Source: Obrimoposthia wandeli
Taxonomy: Eukaryota
Reading direction: 5' to 3'
Length of the DNA stretch: 64,000 nt
Assembly (NCBI GenBank): GCA_977020255.1
Contig: CDROCS010002814.1
Location: forward strand, 1-64,000
Part shown: piece after piece, positions 28,913 to 39,935 of the stretch
Layout of the letters: every line of letters begins with the position of its first letter
How positions within the stretch are numbered: position 1 is the stretch's first letter
Translations under genes and position numbers: made by a program
Notes under the pieces: model-generated
Database searches by the model: none
The model's input: only the letters and a program-made list of their open reading frames with translations
Told to the model about the DNA's origin: nothing

Positions 28913-30400
28913 ATGAGCCAGCAACTTATTAATAAACTACAAGATCCACAGTTACTTAAACAGCAAGCTTTTATCAATGGTCAATGGGTGGATGCAAAAG
29001 ACAACACAACTTTTGATGTCGTCGATCCTGCAACAGAGCAGGTGCTCGCAAAAGTGGCTAATCTAGGCGCGATACAAACAGCACAAGCCATTGATAACGC
29101 TTATGCTGCAATGTGCGAATGGCGCGCTAGAACACCAAAGAACCGCAGCGAAGTACTAGAGAAATGGTTTGCTTTAATAGTCGCCAATACCGAAGATTTA
29201 GCCATCATCATGAGCGCTGAAAACGGTAAAACGCTAACAGAATCACGTGGTGAAGTTGCTTATAGTGCTTCATTTCTCAAGTGGTTTGCAGAAGAGGGCA
29301 AGCGAGTATACGGTGATATAGTGCCCACTGCACAAACGGATCGACGAGGAATTGTGGTTAAGCAACCTATTGGTGTGGTTGCGGCCATCACACCGTGGAA
29401 TTTCCCTAGTGCAATGATCACCCGAAAAGTTGCGCCAGCGTTAGCAGTCGGTTGTGCTGTGGTGTTAAAGCCTGCCGCTGAAACGCCTCTTTCAGCGCTA
29501 GCATTAGCTGAGTTAGCTTCACGTGCAGGTTTGCCTGCTGGGCTTTTAAACATCGTGACAGGTGAAGATGCTGTGGCAATTGGTGCAGAGCTAACCTCCA
29601 ATGTAATCGTAAAAAAATTAACCTTCACAGGCTCCACACCGGTTGGAAAAATATTGATGGCGCAATGCGCTGCAACCGTAAAACGTACTTCGATGGAGTT
29701 AGGGGGAAATGCACCAATTATTATCTTTGATGATGCAGATCTTGATTTAGTTATGCCAGGTATTATTAATGCTAAATTTCGTAACAGTGGCCAAACGTGT
29801 ATCAGTGCCAACAGATTGATAGTACAAGAAGGTATTTACGCTGAGTTTGTGAAAAGATTAAAAGCTGCCACAGAGAATTTTTCATTTGGCGCTTTCACTG
29901 AAAACACTAGTACACATGGGCCACTTATTACTGCAAAGGCCGTTATGGGTATTGATAAGAAAGTACAGGAGGCAGTAGCCCAAGGCGCTGAGGTTGTTTG
30001 TGGTGGAGAAATAGCCAAAGGTGCAGGTTATTTCTACCCGCCAACAATCCTTACAAATCTAACCGATAGTATGACTATTTTTAAAGAAGAAATTTTTGGT
30101 CCTGTTGCCGCAATATACAAATTTAGCACACAAGAACAAGCCGTTAAAATGGCTAACGATACTCAATTTGGGCTAGCTGCTTATTTTTACACAGAGAGTA
30201 TGCGCAGAAGTTGGAGTGTATCAGAAGCATTAGAATACGGTATGGTTGGTGTCAACGAAACAGCTATTAGTGCTGAAATGGTCCCTTTTGGCGGCGTTAA
30301 AGAATCGGGTCAAGGAAGAGAAGGCTCCAAGTATGGCTTAGATGATTATTTAGAAATCAAGTATATCTGTATGGGTGCATTAAACGAGAAAAGCGCGTAG
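28913..30400 (+). CDS. gabD: NAD(P)-dependent succinate-semialdehyde dehydrogenase
   Basis: ITPWNFP, FTGST, ELGGNAP, catalytic GQTCIS, EEIFGP, FGGVKESG and EGSKYGLDDYLE. Confidence 0.93.
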   Translation: MSQQLINKLQDPQLLKQQAFINGQWVDAKDNTTFDVVDPATEQVLAKVANLGAIQTAQAIDNAYAAMCEWRARTPKNRSEVLEKWFALIVANTEDLAIIMSAENGKTLTESRGEVAYSASFLKWFAEEGKRVYGDIVPTAQTDRRGIVVKQPIGVVAAITPWNFPSAMITRKVAPALAVGCAVVLKPAAETPLSALALAELASRAGLPAGLLNIVTGEDAVAIGAELTSNVIVKKLTFTGSTPVGKILMAQCAATVKRTSMELGGNAPIIIFDDADLDLVMPGIINAKFRNSGQTCISANRLIVQEGIYAEFVKRLKAATENFSFGAFTENTSTHGPLITAKAVMGIDKKVQEAVAQGAEVVCGGEIAKGAGYFYPPTILTNLTDSMTIFKEEIFGPVAAIYKFSTQEQAVKMANDTQFGLAAYFYTESMRRSWSVSEALEYGMVGVNETAISAEMVPFGGVKESGQGREGSKYGLDDYLEIKYICMGALNEKSA

Positions 30401-30509
30401 TGGTATTTACCTGTCATCTAGATGAACTATCTTTGGTAACTATTAGATAAGTAAAGAATAAGAATGTTAAAGCTGTCTTCAGTTTCAAAAATTAATGAAG
30501 GAAATAATA

Positions 30510-31802
30510 ATGAACAATGAGCAACTACAACAGCGTAAAAACAAAGTCATCGCCCGTGGACAAGGTAATCTATATCCCGTTTATGTAGAAAGAGCACTTG
30601 GCTCAGAATTATGGGATGTTGAAGGTAAGCGCTTTATTGATTTAGGTGCAGGTATTGCCGTGTGTAATACTGGCCACAGCCATCCTAAAATAGTGGCAGC
30701 AGCAAAAGAGCAGCTTGATAAGTTCAGCCATACTTGTGTGATGGTTAATCCTTATGAAGTCGCGGTAGAACTGGCTGAAAAGCTGGTAGAAATAGCACCA
30801 GGGGAAAGTGAGAAAAAGGCGATATACGTATCAACAGGTGCTGAAGCGGTAGAGAACTGCGTTAAAATAGCGCGTGCATATACCGGTCGCAGAGGCGTTA
30901 TCGCGTTTAATGGTAGTTTTCATGGGCGCACTAACCTTACGATGGCACTAACAGGTAAAATATCACCTTATAAAAACCTATTTGGCCCTTTCCCTGGAGA
31001 GATCTTTCACGCGCCTTACCCAATAGACATACATGATATTAGTGTTAAAGATTCACTTAAGGCATTAGATAATCTGTTTAAAGTTGATATAGCGCCTTCT
31101 GACGTCGCAGCTATTATTGTTGAGCCTGTACAAGGTGAGGGTGGATTTTATGCTGCTCCTAAAGCTTTTTTACAAGCACTTCGTAAACTTTGTGATCAAC
31201 ATGGTATTGTGTTAGTAGGCGATGAAATACAAACAGGCTTTGGACGTACCGGTAAAATGTTTAGTTTCGAGCATGCGGGGGTTGAGCCTGATCTCATGAC
31301 AATGGCTAAAGGAATAGCAGGTGGTTTTCCACTGGCAGCAGTGGTGGGTAAAAGTGAAATAATGGATGCGCCTTTGCCAGGTGGTTTAGGTGGCACTTAT
31401 GCGGGGTCGCCAGTGGCTTGTGCAGCAGCCTTAGCAGTGCTTGAAGTGATAGAAGAAGAACATTTGATTTCACGTGCTCAAACCATTGGCGATATGTTCA
31501 ATCACTCTCTAAGTGCTTTACAAGCACAATACCCTTCGTTGATCAGCGAAGTGCGTAACCAAGGTGCAATGATAGCGCTGGAGTTAATGCAAAATGGTGA
31601 TGTTGAACAACCCAATACACAGCTAACGCAAGCGATTATTGCAGGCGCTGCTGAACGAGGGCTAGTGTTATTATCCTGCGGTTTTTATAGTAATGTGATT
31701 AGATTTCTGCCCGCATTAACTATGAGTGATGCACTAGTTACAGAGAGCTTAGAGAGCTTTGTTAGTTTGTTTAAATCAGCGGCAAAAAAAGTTGCTGTTT
31801 AG
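30510..31802 (+). CDS. gabT: 4-aminobutyrate--2-oxoglutarate transaminase
   Basis: TGAEAVEN, FHGRT, EPVQGEGGF, DEIQTGFGRTG and PLP lysine AKGIAGG. Start at the ATG after AAGGA; the ORF track starts at 30495. Confidence 0.93.
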   Translation: MNNEQLQQRKNKVIARGQGNLYPVYVERALGSELWDVEGKRFIDLGAGIAVCNTGHSHPKIVAAAKEQLDKFSHTCVMVNPYEVAVELAEKLVEIAPGESEKKAIYVSTGAEAVENCVKIARAYTGRRGVIAFNGSFHGRTNLTMALTGKISPYKNLFGPFPGEIFHAPYPIDIHDISVKDSLKALDNLFKVDIAPSDVAAIIVEPVQGEGGFYAAPKAFLQALRKLCDQHGIVLVGDEIQTGFGRTGKMFSFEHAGVEPDLMTMAKGIAGGFPLAAVVGKSEIMDAPLPGGLGGTYAGSPVACAAALAVLEVIEEEHLISRAQTIGDMFNHSLSALQAQYPSLISEVRNQGAMIALELMQNGDVEQPNTQLTQAIIAGAAERGLVLLSCGFYSNVIRFLPALTMSDALVTESLESFVSLFKSAAKKVAV

Positions 31803-32166
31803 CAGTCTTAATTATCTAGTAATAGCTTCTAATGTTAGCTTTTTTAAAAGTGATCTTTCGAGTTTCGAACACTGTGCTAGCTATTACTAGTTTTAATGAT
31901 CTTCTATGTTTTGTCCCTCCCCGTAAATGCAGGGAGGGTAGTGGTCATGTGAAATAAACAGCCTGTAAAGTGTCATTGTTAATGCGCTTAAGTATTGAGC
32001 TAAGTTCCAAGCAGTGCGGATACTCTCCTCTTTTTAAAACCTGGAGAACACTATTCGATAATATTGCCAATCGTTACAGTTGTTAAGCGATAGCTGTTTC
32101 AGGTTTTATAGGGGAAACTGACCGTTGGCAAATTTATTAGCTCTATAACCATTGATGTTATGTTTT

Positions 32167-32194
32167 GACCTCAGACCTCAGACTTCAGACCTCA
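32167..32194. repeat. Heptamer tandem repeat (GACCTCA)x4
   Basis: GACCTCA GACCTCA GACTTCA GACCTCA immediately past the dgkA stop. Confidence 0.85.
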
Positions 32195-32197
32195 AAT

Positions 32198-32590
32198 TTA
32201 AGCCAAATAACTTTGTATCAATGGAAGATATATTAAAAACCAAGTGATAGCGGCTAAAAATAAACTAATGAAAACAGCAGCAGAACCCATATCTTTAGCC
32301 GCTTTACTGAGTATGTGAAACTCTTTACCAAAGCGATCAACCACGGCTTCAACAGCTGAATTTAAAATTTCAACAATGATGACTAAACCAACGCTAAAAA
32401 TAAGCACTACTTTTTCTAGATTTGAAACGTCACTGATAAGTGCAATAATCGTGGCAATAACAAATAACACAGTTTCTTGTCTGAAAGCAGCTTCGTTCTT
32501 CCAAGCATAGGTAATGCCTTGCCATGAATATCCAGCAGCTTTGATGACTCTTGTAATGCCTGTTGCAGGTGGCGGTATTTTTTGGCTCAT
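32198..32590 (-). CDS. dgkA: Diacylglycerol kinase
   Basis: AAGYSWQG, EAAFRQE, EILNSAVEAVVDR and KAAKDMGSAAV. Confidence 0.95.
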   Translation of the reverse strand: MSQKIPPPATGITRVIKAAGYSWQGITYAWKNEAAFRQETVLFVIATIIALISDVSNLEKVVLIFSVGLVIIVEILNSAVEAVVDRFGKEFHILSKAAKDMGSAAVFISLFLAAITWFLIYLPLIQSYLA

Positions 32591-32644
32591 GTTGTATCTC
32601 AATAATAGGGAATGATGTGAATATAAGAAAATTATTTATGGCCG

Positions 32645-33784
32645 CTAATTTTTAATGGCGCGTAGAATGACAAATTTTTTACTAGATGCCATTTTCTGAC
32701 AATTGCCAAATAATTTTTTTAAGGTTTGCGCATAATCTAAATGAATATTACCTATTACCCAAAGCTCACCTTTAGGTTTTAATACCTTGTAAGATTGCTT
32801 AAACATTTGCTGAGCAATAAAATCACCGATGGTATTTTGCTGATGAAAAGGGGGATTGTTAAAGATAATATCTGCGCTTGCAGATTGGGTGGAGCTCAAA
32901 CAATCATCAACATGAAAATTAGCCTTATTGCGCTGTGCAAACATAGCTAAATAGTTATGCTGCGCACTGGCCACCGCCATATAAGATTCATCGTAAAATT
33001 CAATTTGCGCATTAGGGTTTTTTTGTGCAGCAACCAAGCCCACAATGCCATTTCCACATCCTAAATCAATAATCGTTTGTGCTTTATCACTGCTGGGTAA
33101 ATGCTCTATAAAAAAGCGACAACCAATATCCAGTTTACCTTGAGAAAAAACATTGGCGTGATTTAATATGTTCCAGTTTTTTTCTTCAAGCAAAAACGTC
33201 TTTGGGAAAGGGTTGGGTTTAACCACTAATTGCGGATTAAACTGCGCAAATATAAGTCGCGCTTTTTTCTTCGCTAGAGACGTTTTCGTATCGCCAATTA
33301 CCGTTTCAAATAGTTTTAAAGTTGACGTATGAATCATCTTTACCATTGCCGCGCCAATAACCACACTTTGAGGATTTAGATGCTCACGTAAACGATGCAG
33401 TTGATCTTCTAGCTGCGCCAAACTCTTTTGCACTTTTATCAGTACTAAATCATAAATGCCTACTAAAGGCTCAAGAGAATTGATCAAGTTAAGGGTAGTG
33501 AGTTTGTTGTTCTGTAAGTTTGCCGAAATTGCTTTTTGGGCAATAAAAGAATCGCTTAACATACTCGGCTCTAAATGATGTAAAGCGGTAGATAAAGCGC
33601 CAAACTGGTCGTTTATGATTAGTACTCGGCAATTTTTACACAGTGCTTTGGGATCAAGATCATTGACATAATCTAGTAATAATTCATCAGCAGCATCCCA
33701 AGCTCTTAGCGGGTCATTTTTGCGCAGCGGATATCGGTGTAGCGTAAAATCACCTTGAGGGACCGATAAAGTTGTATTTAACAT
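32645..33784 (-). CDS. rlmG: 23S rRNA m2G1835 methyltransferase
   Basis: LRAWDAADE, NDQFGAL, KKARLIF, NHANVFS, DLGCGNG and NPPFHQ. Confidence 0.92.
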   Translation of the reverse strand: MLNTTLSVPQGDFTLHRYPLRKNDPLRAWDAADELLLDYVNDLDPKALCKNCRVLIINDQFGALSTALHHLEPSMLSDSFIAQKAISANLQNNKLTTLNLINSLEPLVGIYDLVLIKVQKSLAQLEDQLHRLREHLNPQSVVIGAAMVKMIHTSTLKLFETVIGDTKTSLAKKKARLIFAQFNPQLVVKPNPFPKTFLLEEKNWNILNHANVFSQGKLDIGCRFFIEHLPSSDKAQTIIDLGCGNGIVGLVAAQKNPNAQIEFYDESYMAVASAQHNYLAMFAQRNKANFHVDDCLSSTQSASADIIFNNPPFHQQNTIGDFIAQQMFKQSYKVLKPKGELWVIGNIHLDYAQTLKKLFGNCQKMASSKKFVILRAIKN

Positions 33785-34055
33785 TTACGATTAAAGCTCT
33801 AAAAAATATATGAAAGGATTTTAGCATAAAGTTAAATCATCTCTGTAACGATAAAATGGTAAATTATGATTAAAAACAGCAGACTGAAAAGCATAGACAA
33901 CAAGTACAGGGGAAAAGAGAAGGGAAGAGAACCGAAGCCTCATATTAGCATGAGGCAAGCAGTTGGTAGTTAACAATTTTCTTTCTATATTAAACTTTCA
34001 ATTATGTCTTTTAAAAAGATGTGCTCAATATGAAAACGAATTAAACAGTATTGAC

Positions 34056-35255
34056 CTAAAAGTAGCGGTCTAATGTGATTTTTAGGTAATCATCTTGATC
34101 AAAATTGACAAGTGGGTCCTGTTTACTGCCTGAAGCAAAAGCGCGTGCCTCAACTGAAACCTTCCAATTATCGCCAATGCGACGGTCAGCTTCTAATGAA
34201 AAACTATTACTATCATAATCTAAATCATGAATAACACCAGCTAACAAAGAAGCGCTTTGTGCGTCATTAAGCGCGAACCTTGCGCCGACACCAATATCAT
34301 TTTGCATGCTTGCATTAGCTGATTTACCACGCTGATCTTTGCCGTATTCAAATAAAATACCTAAATCGGTTGCCGACTCGGCTATTCCATAAAAGGTATA
34401 TTCGACACCTAACTGGCTTGCCCAGTAATTTTCGACAGGGTTTTCTTGGTAAATAACTTCTCCTTTAAATAACCAGCTATCAATAGTGGCTTGTACATCA
34501 ATTCCTACTTGTTCAATTTGTTGATAATGTGCACTTAAAACATTACCGCCATTTTTGTTAATGACTCGATACTGCGGGGTTCGATCTGTTCCTTTATACC
34601 AATGGGCGCCGATATCATAAACATCAAATGAATGGCTCCAGCGCATAGCTAAGTCGACATGTTTTTCATCGTTGCTTGCTTCAAAAGTAGTCTCGTCTTT
34701 ATCAACAATCAGAGCGGACCTAAGGCGACCATCCTTACCGGTATAGGTTTGCTCGCGAAAGCCTGGTAAAACATAGAAATCAAGAATACCCCAATCTTTT
34801 ACCAGTGATAGATTAACCATGGGCTGGCCTAATTTGTGCTCTTTATCTAATCCTTCTACACGATCTTTTTGGTTAATGACATCAACCAGGTTTTGAAACT
34901 CAGCTACTCCCCAAAACACCTTGCGGACACCGGTTCTTAATTCCCAGTCATTGCCAATGTGAACCCAGCTTAGCTCTCGAATATCCGCATGAGTGCGTTC
35001 GCCATCGCGTTGGTCTTTACGCAAAAAAGGCTTAAAAGTAAGGTTGTCTTGCTGATCGTTCCACTCCCAGTAGAATTCAGGTTCAATGGAGACCGATACA
35101 TTAGAGCGATAATCTTGATTGGCAAATTGGCCTTCATCAACAAAGTAATTGACTTCAGTGCTAACTTTACCAGTTGCTTCAAAAAAAAGTTCATCGGCAA
35201 CGGCAGGTTGCATAAGCAACCCACCACCGATCGCTAGACATGCGATCTTCTTCAT
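34056..35255 (-). CDS. Outer-membrane beta-barrel-like protein of the MMPL operon
   Basis: Signal peptide, DIRELSW, VFWGVAE, LGQPM, and a C-terminal aromatic residue (DRYF). Confidence 0.75.
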   Translation of the reverse strand: MKKIACLAIGGGLLMQPAVADELFFEATGKVSTEVNYFVDEGQFANQDYRSNVSVSIEPEFYWEWNDQQDNLTFKPFLRKDQRDGERTHADIRELSWVHIGNDWELRTGVRKVFWGVAEFQNLVDVINQKDRVEGLDKEHKLGQPMVNLSLVKDWGILDFYVLPGFREQTYTGKDGRLRSALIVDKDETTFEASNDEKHVDLAMRWSHSFDVYDIGAHWYKGTDRTPQYRVINKNGGNVLSAHYQQIEQVGIDVQATIDSWLFKGEVIYQENPVENYWASQLGVEYTFYGIAESATDLGILFEYGKDQRGKSANASMQNDIGVGARFALNDAQSASLLAGVIHDLDYDSNSFSLEADRRIGDNWKVSVEARAFASGSKQDPLVNFDQDDYLKITLDRYF

Positions 35256-35256
35256 A

Positions 35257-36054
35257 TTAACGTGCTCGTTTTAGCGTGTTTTTGTTAAAATCAGCAGAAG
35301 AAAGCCCCGTGCCAAACTTGTAACCTTTCCACTTTAAATCAGTACTTTTTTGATTTTGATGGTTAACCATTTTTGCCATATCTGCTCTCCAGTACTTTGC
35401 TTTGTACTGTTTGAAATCATGATTTGTTAAGGTCTTTAAAAGGCTGTCCTTACGATCGTAAAACTCAGTTTTAATATTGCGATATTCTTTAGTATCCAAC
35501 CAAACAATACGTCTGGTATAACCAGAATTTTTATCTACCGGATATTGCTCTATTACAAAACAAGAACCTAAATCACACGCTTCTTCTTTGACAAACTTGT
35601 AAGTATATTTTTCAATCTCAAATGAGGCTAAATCTTCAAAGGAAAATTCTGAACCCATAAAAGGGCCTGATTTATTTCGAGATGAAATACGTTTTACGCG
35701 CTTTAGGGCAGGTAAGTATAACCACTGATCATCGTTGCCCACGGTATGTGAGAAGCTAAGAAAAGCCGTTCCTTTCACATCGCGAGGTTTATCAAAGATA
35801 CTTAAGCTTTTATCACCGTCATTAGCGATTTCTAATGTTTTACTACGGATGTCACGGATACTTTCTTGACCTTGCTTGTTGCGCAGTACCATGTTCATTG
35901 AAGATACAATATCTACCCAGCCTTCATCACGTACCTTGGCCTCTTTTGAGATAGCCAAACCTTTTTCTTCAGCGGTCTGGGCAAATGCTGTACTAGCACT
36001 TAATGCTAATACAGAGCTGGCAACAATAGCAGTTGTTAAAGTTAAAAGTTTCAT
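35257..36054 (-). CDS. Outer-membrane lipoprotein-sorting (LolA-like) protein
   Basis: Signal peptide, PRDVKGTAFL, DQWLYLPALKRVKRI and FMGSEFSFEDL. Confidence 0.9.
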   Translation of the reverse strand: MKLLTLTTAIVASSVLALSASTAFAQTAEEKGLAISKEAKVRDEGWVDIVSSMNMVLRNKQGQESIRDIRSKTLEIANDGDKSLSIFDKPRDVKGTAFLSFSHTVGNDDQWLYLPALKRVKRISSRNKSGPFMGSEFSFEDLASFEIEKYTYKFVKEEACDLGSCFVIEQYPVDKNSGYTRRIVWLDTKEYRNIKTEFYDRKDSLLKTLTNHDFKQYKAKYWRADMAKMVNHQNQKSTDLKWKGYKFGTGLSSADFNKNTLKRAR

Positions 36055-38405
36055 TCTGTATTTCCTTTAGCAAGGTTAAGAGGAGTCGTTGGTGCTGTAT
36101 TTTGTTGCGCATTTCGCGCTTCTTTCTTGCCATCTAGCATCATAAGTAGTGGAGGTAAGAATAAGAAATCGACAATTAATGCAACCGCGATAGTGACGGC
36201 TGTTAGTAGACCCATATCGCCATTGAGCTTAAAGCTTGATTGAGCCAATACCATAAAGCCAGCTACTAATACTAAGGTGGTTACCCAAAGCGCACGGCCA
36301 ACACTATTGAAAGCATATTTAACCGCTTCTTCACTGCTTTTACCGTATTTATCTATAGCGTGCTTGTATTTAGATAGGAAGTGCACGGTATCATCTACCA
36401 CAATACCTAGCGTCATGCCGGTCACTACTGACAATGCTAAACCTACTTGCCCGTCTAGAAAATACCAAAGACCGAAGCCTACTGATGCAGGGATCAAATT
36501 AGGTAAAAGAGAAATAAAACCGTAGCGAACTGAGCGCAGTGCAAAGGCTAGTAGCAATGAAATTAATATCAATGCGACAGTCGTACCTAGCAACATGCTA
36601 TTAATATTACGTTGACCAATATGTGCAAACATAAGGGTAGGGCTGGCGATATCGATACTATAATCCGGTGCATTCTTAGCGAACCAAGCATACATTTTGC
36701 TTTCAATATCAATTTGCTGTGTTGAAGATAGATTTTTAAAAGTGCCGATAATGCGCGTTGAAGATTTATCTACGTTCAACTGGTTATTTAAATCAAGTCC
36801 GTAAGGAAGTGACATTTCATATAGCAGTAAGTATTGCGCAGATAAGTCTCTCTCTGCTGGCAGTTTATAATAAGCCTGATCATCAGCGTGCATATTCTTG
36901 TTTAGACGCATCAACGTATCTGAAATTGTGCTGACATGGTCCGTTTCAGGCAGTGATTTTAACCAAGTACTGAAATCACCAATCGCTGTAAGAAACTTAG
37001 GGTCGTTAATACCACTAGATACCTTACTATCTACTGATACTTCTATAGACGATAAACCAGATAGATTAGCTTCCATAAAGTCGGTTGCGGCTCGAAAGGG
37101 AACAGAGGTATCAAAGTACTCAACAAAGTTATCATCTAGTTTGTTTTGCGGTAAAAATGAGGCAATAAAGATAATGACTACCGCTGAAAGTGGTAAGAGC
37201 ATTTTACGTTTATTGACGACGAACTCAGCAAATTTTTCCATCAAATCGCTTTTTTTATTGGGAGATATTTTGCTCGTTTTAACTGGCAGTATCATCAATA
37301 AAGCAGGGAACACTGTAATAGAGAAGATGAACGCCAACATTACGCCTATCGCGACCATGTTGCCTAAATCTCTGAAAGGTGGGGAGTCAGAGAAGTTCAT
37401 GCTCATAAAGCCAATTGCTGTGGTAAGACTGGTCAATAAGATAGGTTTAAAGTTAATACGTAAACTTTCTTGTAGGGCATCTTTCTTTTCTTTGCCGTGA
37501 CGCATTTCATAATAGTAACTGGTTAAAATATGAATACAGTCGGCGACTGCTAAGGTCATAATCATAGTAGGCGCACTAGCCGATGGGCCGGTTAGATAAA
37601 AACCAAACCAACCTACAGTGCCCATTGTACCTGCAATACTAAAGATGATGACGATTAATGTCGCAAAAGTACCACTAAAGCTGCGTAGCAACAAAATCAT
37701 AGTGAGTAACACAATACCAAACATGGCAGGTACCAGCGTTGCGCTGTCCCCTAATGATGTTTCAGTAAAGGTGTTATTCATTATCACCATACCGGTTAGC
37801 TGTACTTCAAAGTTAGGAAACTTTTGTTCAAACTGCGCTTTGATTTCACGAACTTTTGCTGTGACTTCAGGTACTTCTGTAATTGGATTAACAGCTGGTA
37901 ATTGCACCGTGGTATTAACGATAGTGATATGACCCGTTTTAGATACAATTTTATTGAGTAATAAAGGATCAGTAGTCGCCACTTGTTTTATGCGCGCCAT
38001 ATCGGCGGAAGTTAATAGCTCTGGATCTAGCACTAAATCTTCTACGATTAAGTCATCTTCCTCAGCGATTGTATGCTGAAAGTTCGAAACAGAATCTACT
38101 CGTGTAGAGTAGGGTATCTGCCAAGATTCATTCGTCAGCCAATGAATTGCACTGAGGTTCTCAGGTGTAAATACGTCACCGTTTTTAGGGTTCAATATAA
38201 AGACAGCGTTATCACTTTTTGCGTAGACCTCCTGCATGGCCTCAAAATCAGTCAACTGCGGATTCTCTTCACTAAAGAAGACTTTGTAGTCTCCTTTAAA
38301 TACTAGTTTTTGAGCCCCGGACGCTGCGCCAAAGACAATACATATTGTCAAAAGCAGAACGATCCATGGCCGATTGAGTGCAAAATTATATATGCGTTCT
38401 CTCAT
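36051..38405 (-). CDS. MMPL/RND family transporter
   Basis: Two repeat halves, with TM4 LAVADCIH and TM10 GIVVDDTVH; TSLTTAIGF. Confidence 0.93.
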   Translation of the reverse strand: MRERIYNFALNRPWIVLLLTICIVFGAASGAQKLVFKGDYKVFFSEENPQLTDFEAMQEVYAKSDNAVFILNPKNGDVFTPENLSAIHWLTNESWQIPYSTRVDSVSNFQHTIAEEDDLIVEDLVLDPELLTSADMARIKQVATTDPLLLNKIVSKTGHITIVNTTVQLPAVNPITEVPEVTAKVREIKAQFEQKFPNFEVQLTGMVIMNNTFTETSLGDSATLVPAMFGIVLLTMILLLRSFSGTFATLIVIIFSIAGTMGTVGWFGFYLTGPSASAPTMIMTLAVADCIHILTSYYYEMRHGKEKKDALQESLRINFKPILLTSLTTAIGFMSMNFSDSPPFRDLGNMVAIGVMLAFIFSITVFPALLMILPVKTSKISPNKKSDLMEKFAEFVVNKRKMLLPLSAVVIIFIASFLPQNKLDDNFVEYFDTSVPFRAATDFMEANLSGLSSIEVSVDSKVSSGINDPKFLTAIGDFSTWLKSLPETDHVSTISDTLMRLNKNMHADDQAYYKLPAERDLSAQYLLLYEMSLPYGLDLNNQLNVDKSSTRIIGTFKNLSSTQQIDIESKMYAWFAKNAPDYSIDIASPTLMFAHIGQRNINSMLLGTTVALILISLLLAFALRSVRYGFISLLPNLIPASVGFGLWYFLDGQVGLALSVVTGMTLGIVVDDTVHFLSKYKHAIDKYGKSSEEAVKYAFNSVGRALWVTTLVLVAGFMVLAQSSFKLNGDMGLLTAVTIAVALIVDFLFLPPLLMMLDGKKEARNAQQNTAPTTPLNLAKGNTE

Positions 38406-38468
38406 GTTTACTCCATAGGTTTAAGTTTTAAATCTGATAATAAAAAGACTTTTGTCTTGTTAGTTTTT

Positions 38469-39215
38469 TTAAGGTGCGTTTTTTAAAGTTGCAATTTTTG
38501 CAACTTCCGCAGCAAATATTTCTGTTTTCATTCGAGCTATCGATGCCTTCCAATCAAAATCTTTCGCTAATGGCTGCCAGCACATACCATCTAAAATTAA
38601 ATTAATACTGTTGATTAATTCTCTTTCTACATTAAGTTGGGAGCGCAGAGAGCATGAGTTCATATCGCCCATCAGTAACAACTGGGTTCCAAAATCGAGA
38701 CTCCAGCACGCAAATGCCAACTGCTCAATCATCATGCCTTCTGGCAAAGTGCATTCACCCGAATCTACAGCGGTTCTGAAATGTGCGAATATAGGGGAAA
38801 GTAAAGATGTTTCGATTTGCTGGTGTTGTTGTTGGCGAAGTTCAGACGCTTTGAAAGCGCATCCTGCTGTTTTAACTGTAATACCAATCATAAAGTCCTG
38901 GGGGTTGGCCTGAGCGTTCAATAAAGAGCCAACATGTACAGCCAGTGCTTTTTCTCGACTACAGCCCTCAAAGGTAAGGGCTCGATTAAAAATTTCGGAG
39001 ATACTAGCCATATGTGCGTTGCAAAGCGCCAGAATAATATCTTCTTTACTGGTGAAATGATTGTAAACAGTGCCTTTAGAATAGGGGAGTTTCTTTACGA
39101 GTTTATCGATAGTGAGGGCGGCTTCACCCTCGCTAAGGATGATTTCTTTAGCACAGTTGAGCATTTCCAACTCTCTGGCATCTTTCTCTTCTTGACTAAA
39201 TATTTTGGGGCTCAT
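38469..39215 (-). CDS. TetR/AcrR family regulator
   Basis: HTH LTIDKLVKKLPYSKGTVYNHFTSKEDI. First gene of the MMPL operon. Confidence 0.93.
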   Translation of the reverse strand: MSPKIFSQEEKDARELEMLNCAKEIILSEGEAALTIDKLVKKLPYSKGTVYNHFTSKEDIILALCNAHMASISEIFNRALTFEGCSREKALAVHVGSLLNAQANPQDFMIGITVKTAGCAFKASELRQQQHQQIETSLLSPIFAHFRTAVDSGECTLPEGMMIEQLAFACWSLDFGTQLLLMGDMNSCSLRSQLNVERELINSINLILDGMCWQPLAKDFDWKASIARMKTEIFAAEVAKIATLKNAP

Positions 39216-39241
39216 AATTCACACAGTTGAATGTTTTATAG

Positions 39242-39314
39242 TGACGGTTCGTCAAATATAATCGGATCAAGCGAGGCTGTAAAGTGATAATTAGTTTATT
39301 TTGACGATCCGTCA
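39242..39314. promoter_or_regulatory. Two palindromic operator boxes TGACG-N3-CGTCA upstream of tetR
   Basis: TGACGGTTCGTCA (39242-39254) and TGACGATCCGTCA (39302-39314), both with TATA-like flanks, 60 bp apart. Confidence 0.78.
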
Positions 39315-39935
39315 GTATATAAGCAGTGGCGTTAAGAAGTGATTAATATAAACAGTATTTTTCCTTATATAAAAGACGCCATACACTACACAAACGGTTG
39401 AATCGCTTGGTTAGGTATTTCAAATGTAGAAGTAACCCAGCATTGTAATGCAATTAGCTCATGAAGCTAGTTACACAAAAATAAGGTATCTGTGTTTACA
39501 ATAGATTGAAAAAAATTGAATCGTTAACTGTTTCAATTAAGAGACATTGAATTATTATGCTTCATTTAACGAACTTCCAAGCACTTAAAGGCATTCTGAG
39601 ATTTTTACATTGGCAGGCATTCAAGAATAATGATCGGTTTAACTAGTGGTATTGAATTAGATATTACATAAGGGTTTGTAAGGGGTATCAATGTAATGAA
39701 TCATTTTTCCTCATAAAGCTGCTTCAACTAATAACTTAGTCAACATTGAGTTGAAGATGACTAAGGTCTTTGGCTAATTCATGACTAATTGTTGGATTTT
39801 TTTAAGTGTAATTTATTGCGCATTAACTTATCCCTCAGATATATTATAAGCAGTTAAACAATTATATTTACATCCTCGACTATATGAATATAGTGCATAT
39901 AAAGCTTCTGAGCGAAGCTTTATATTAGATTTTGG

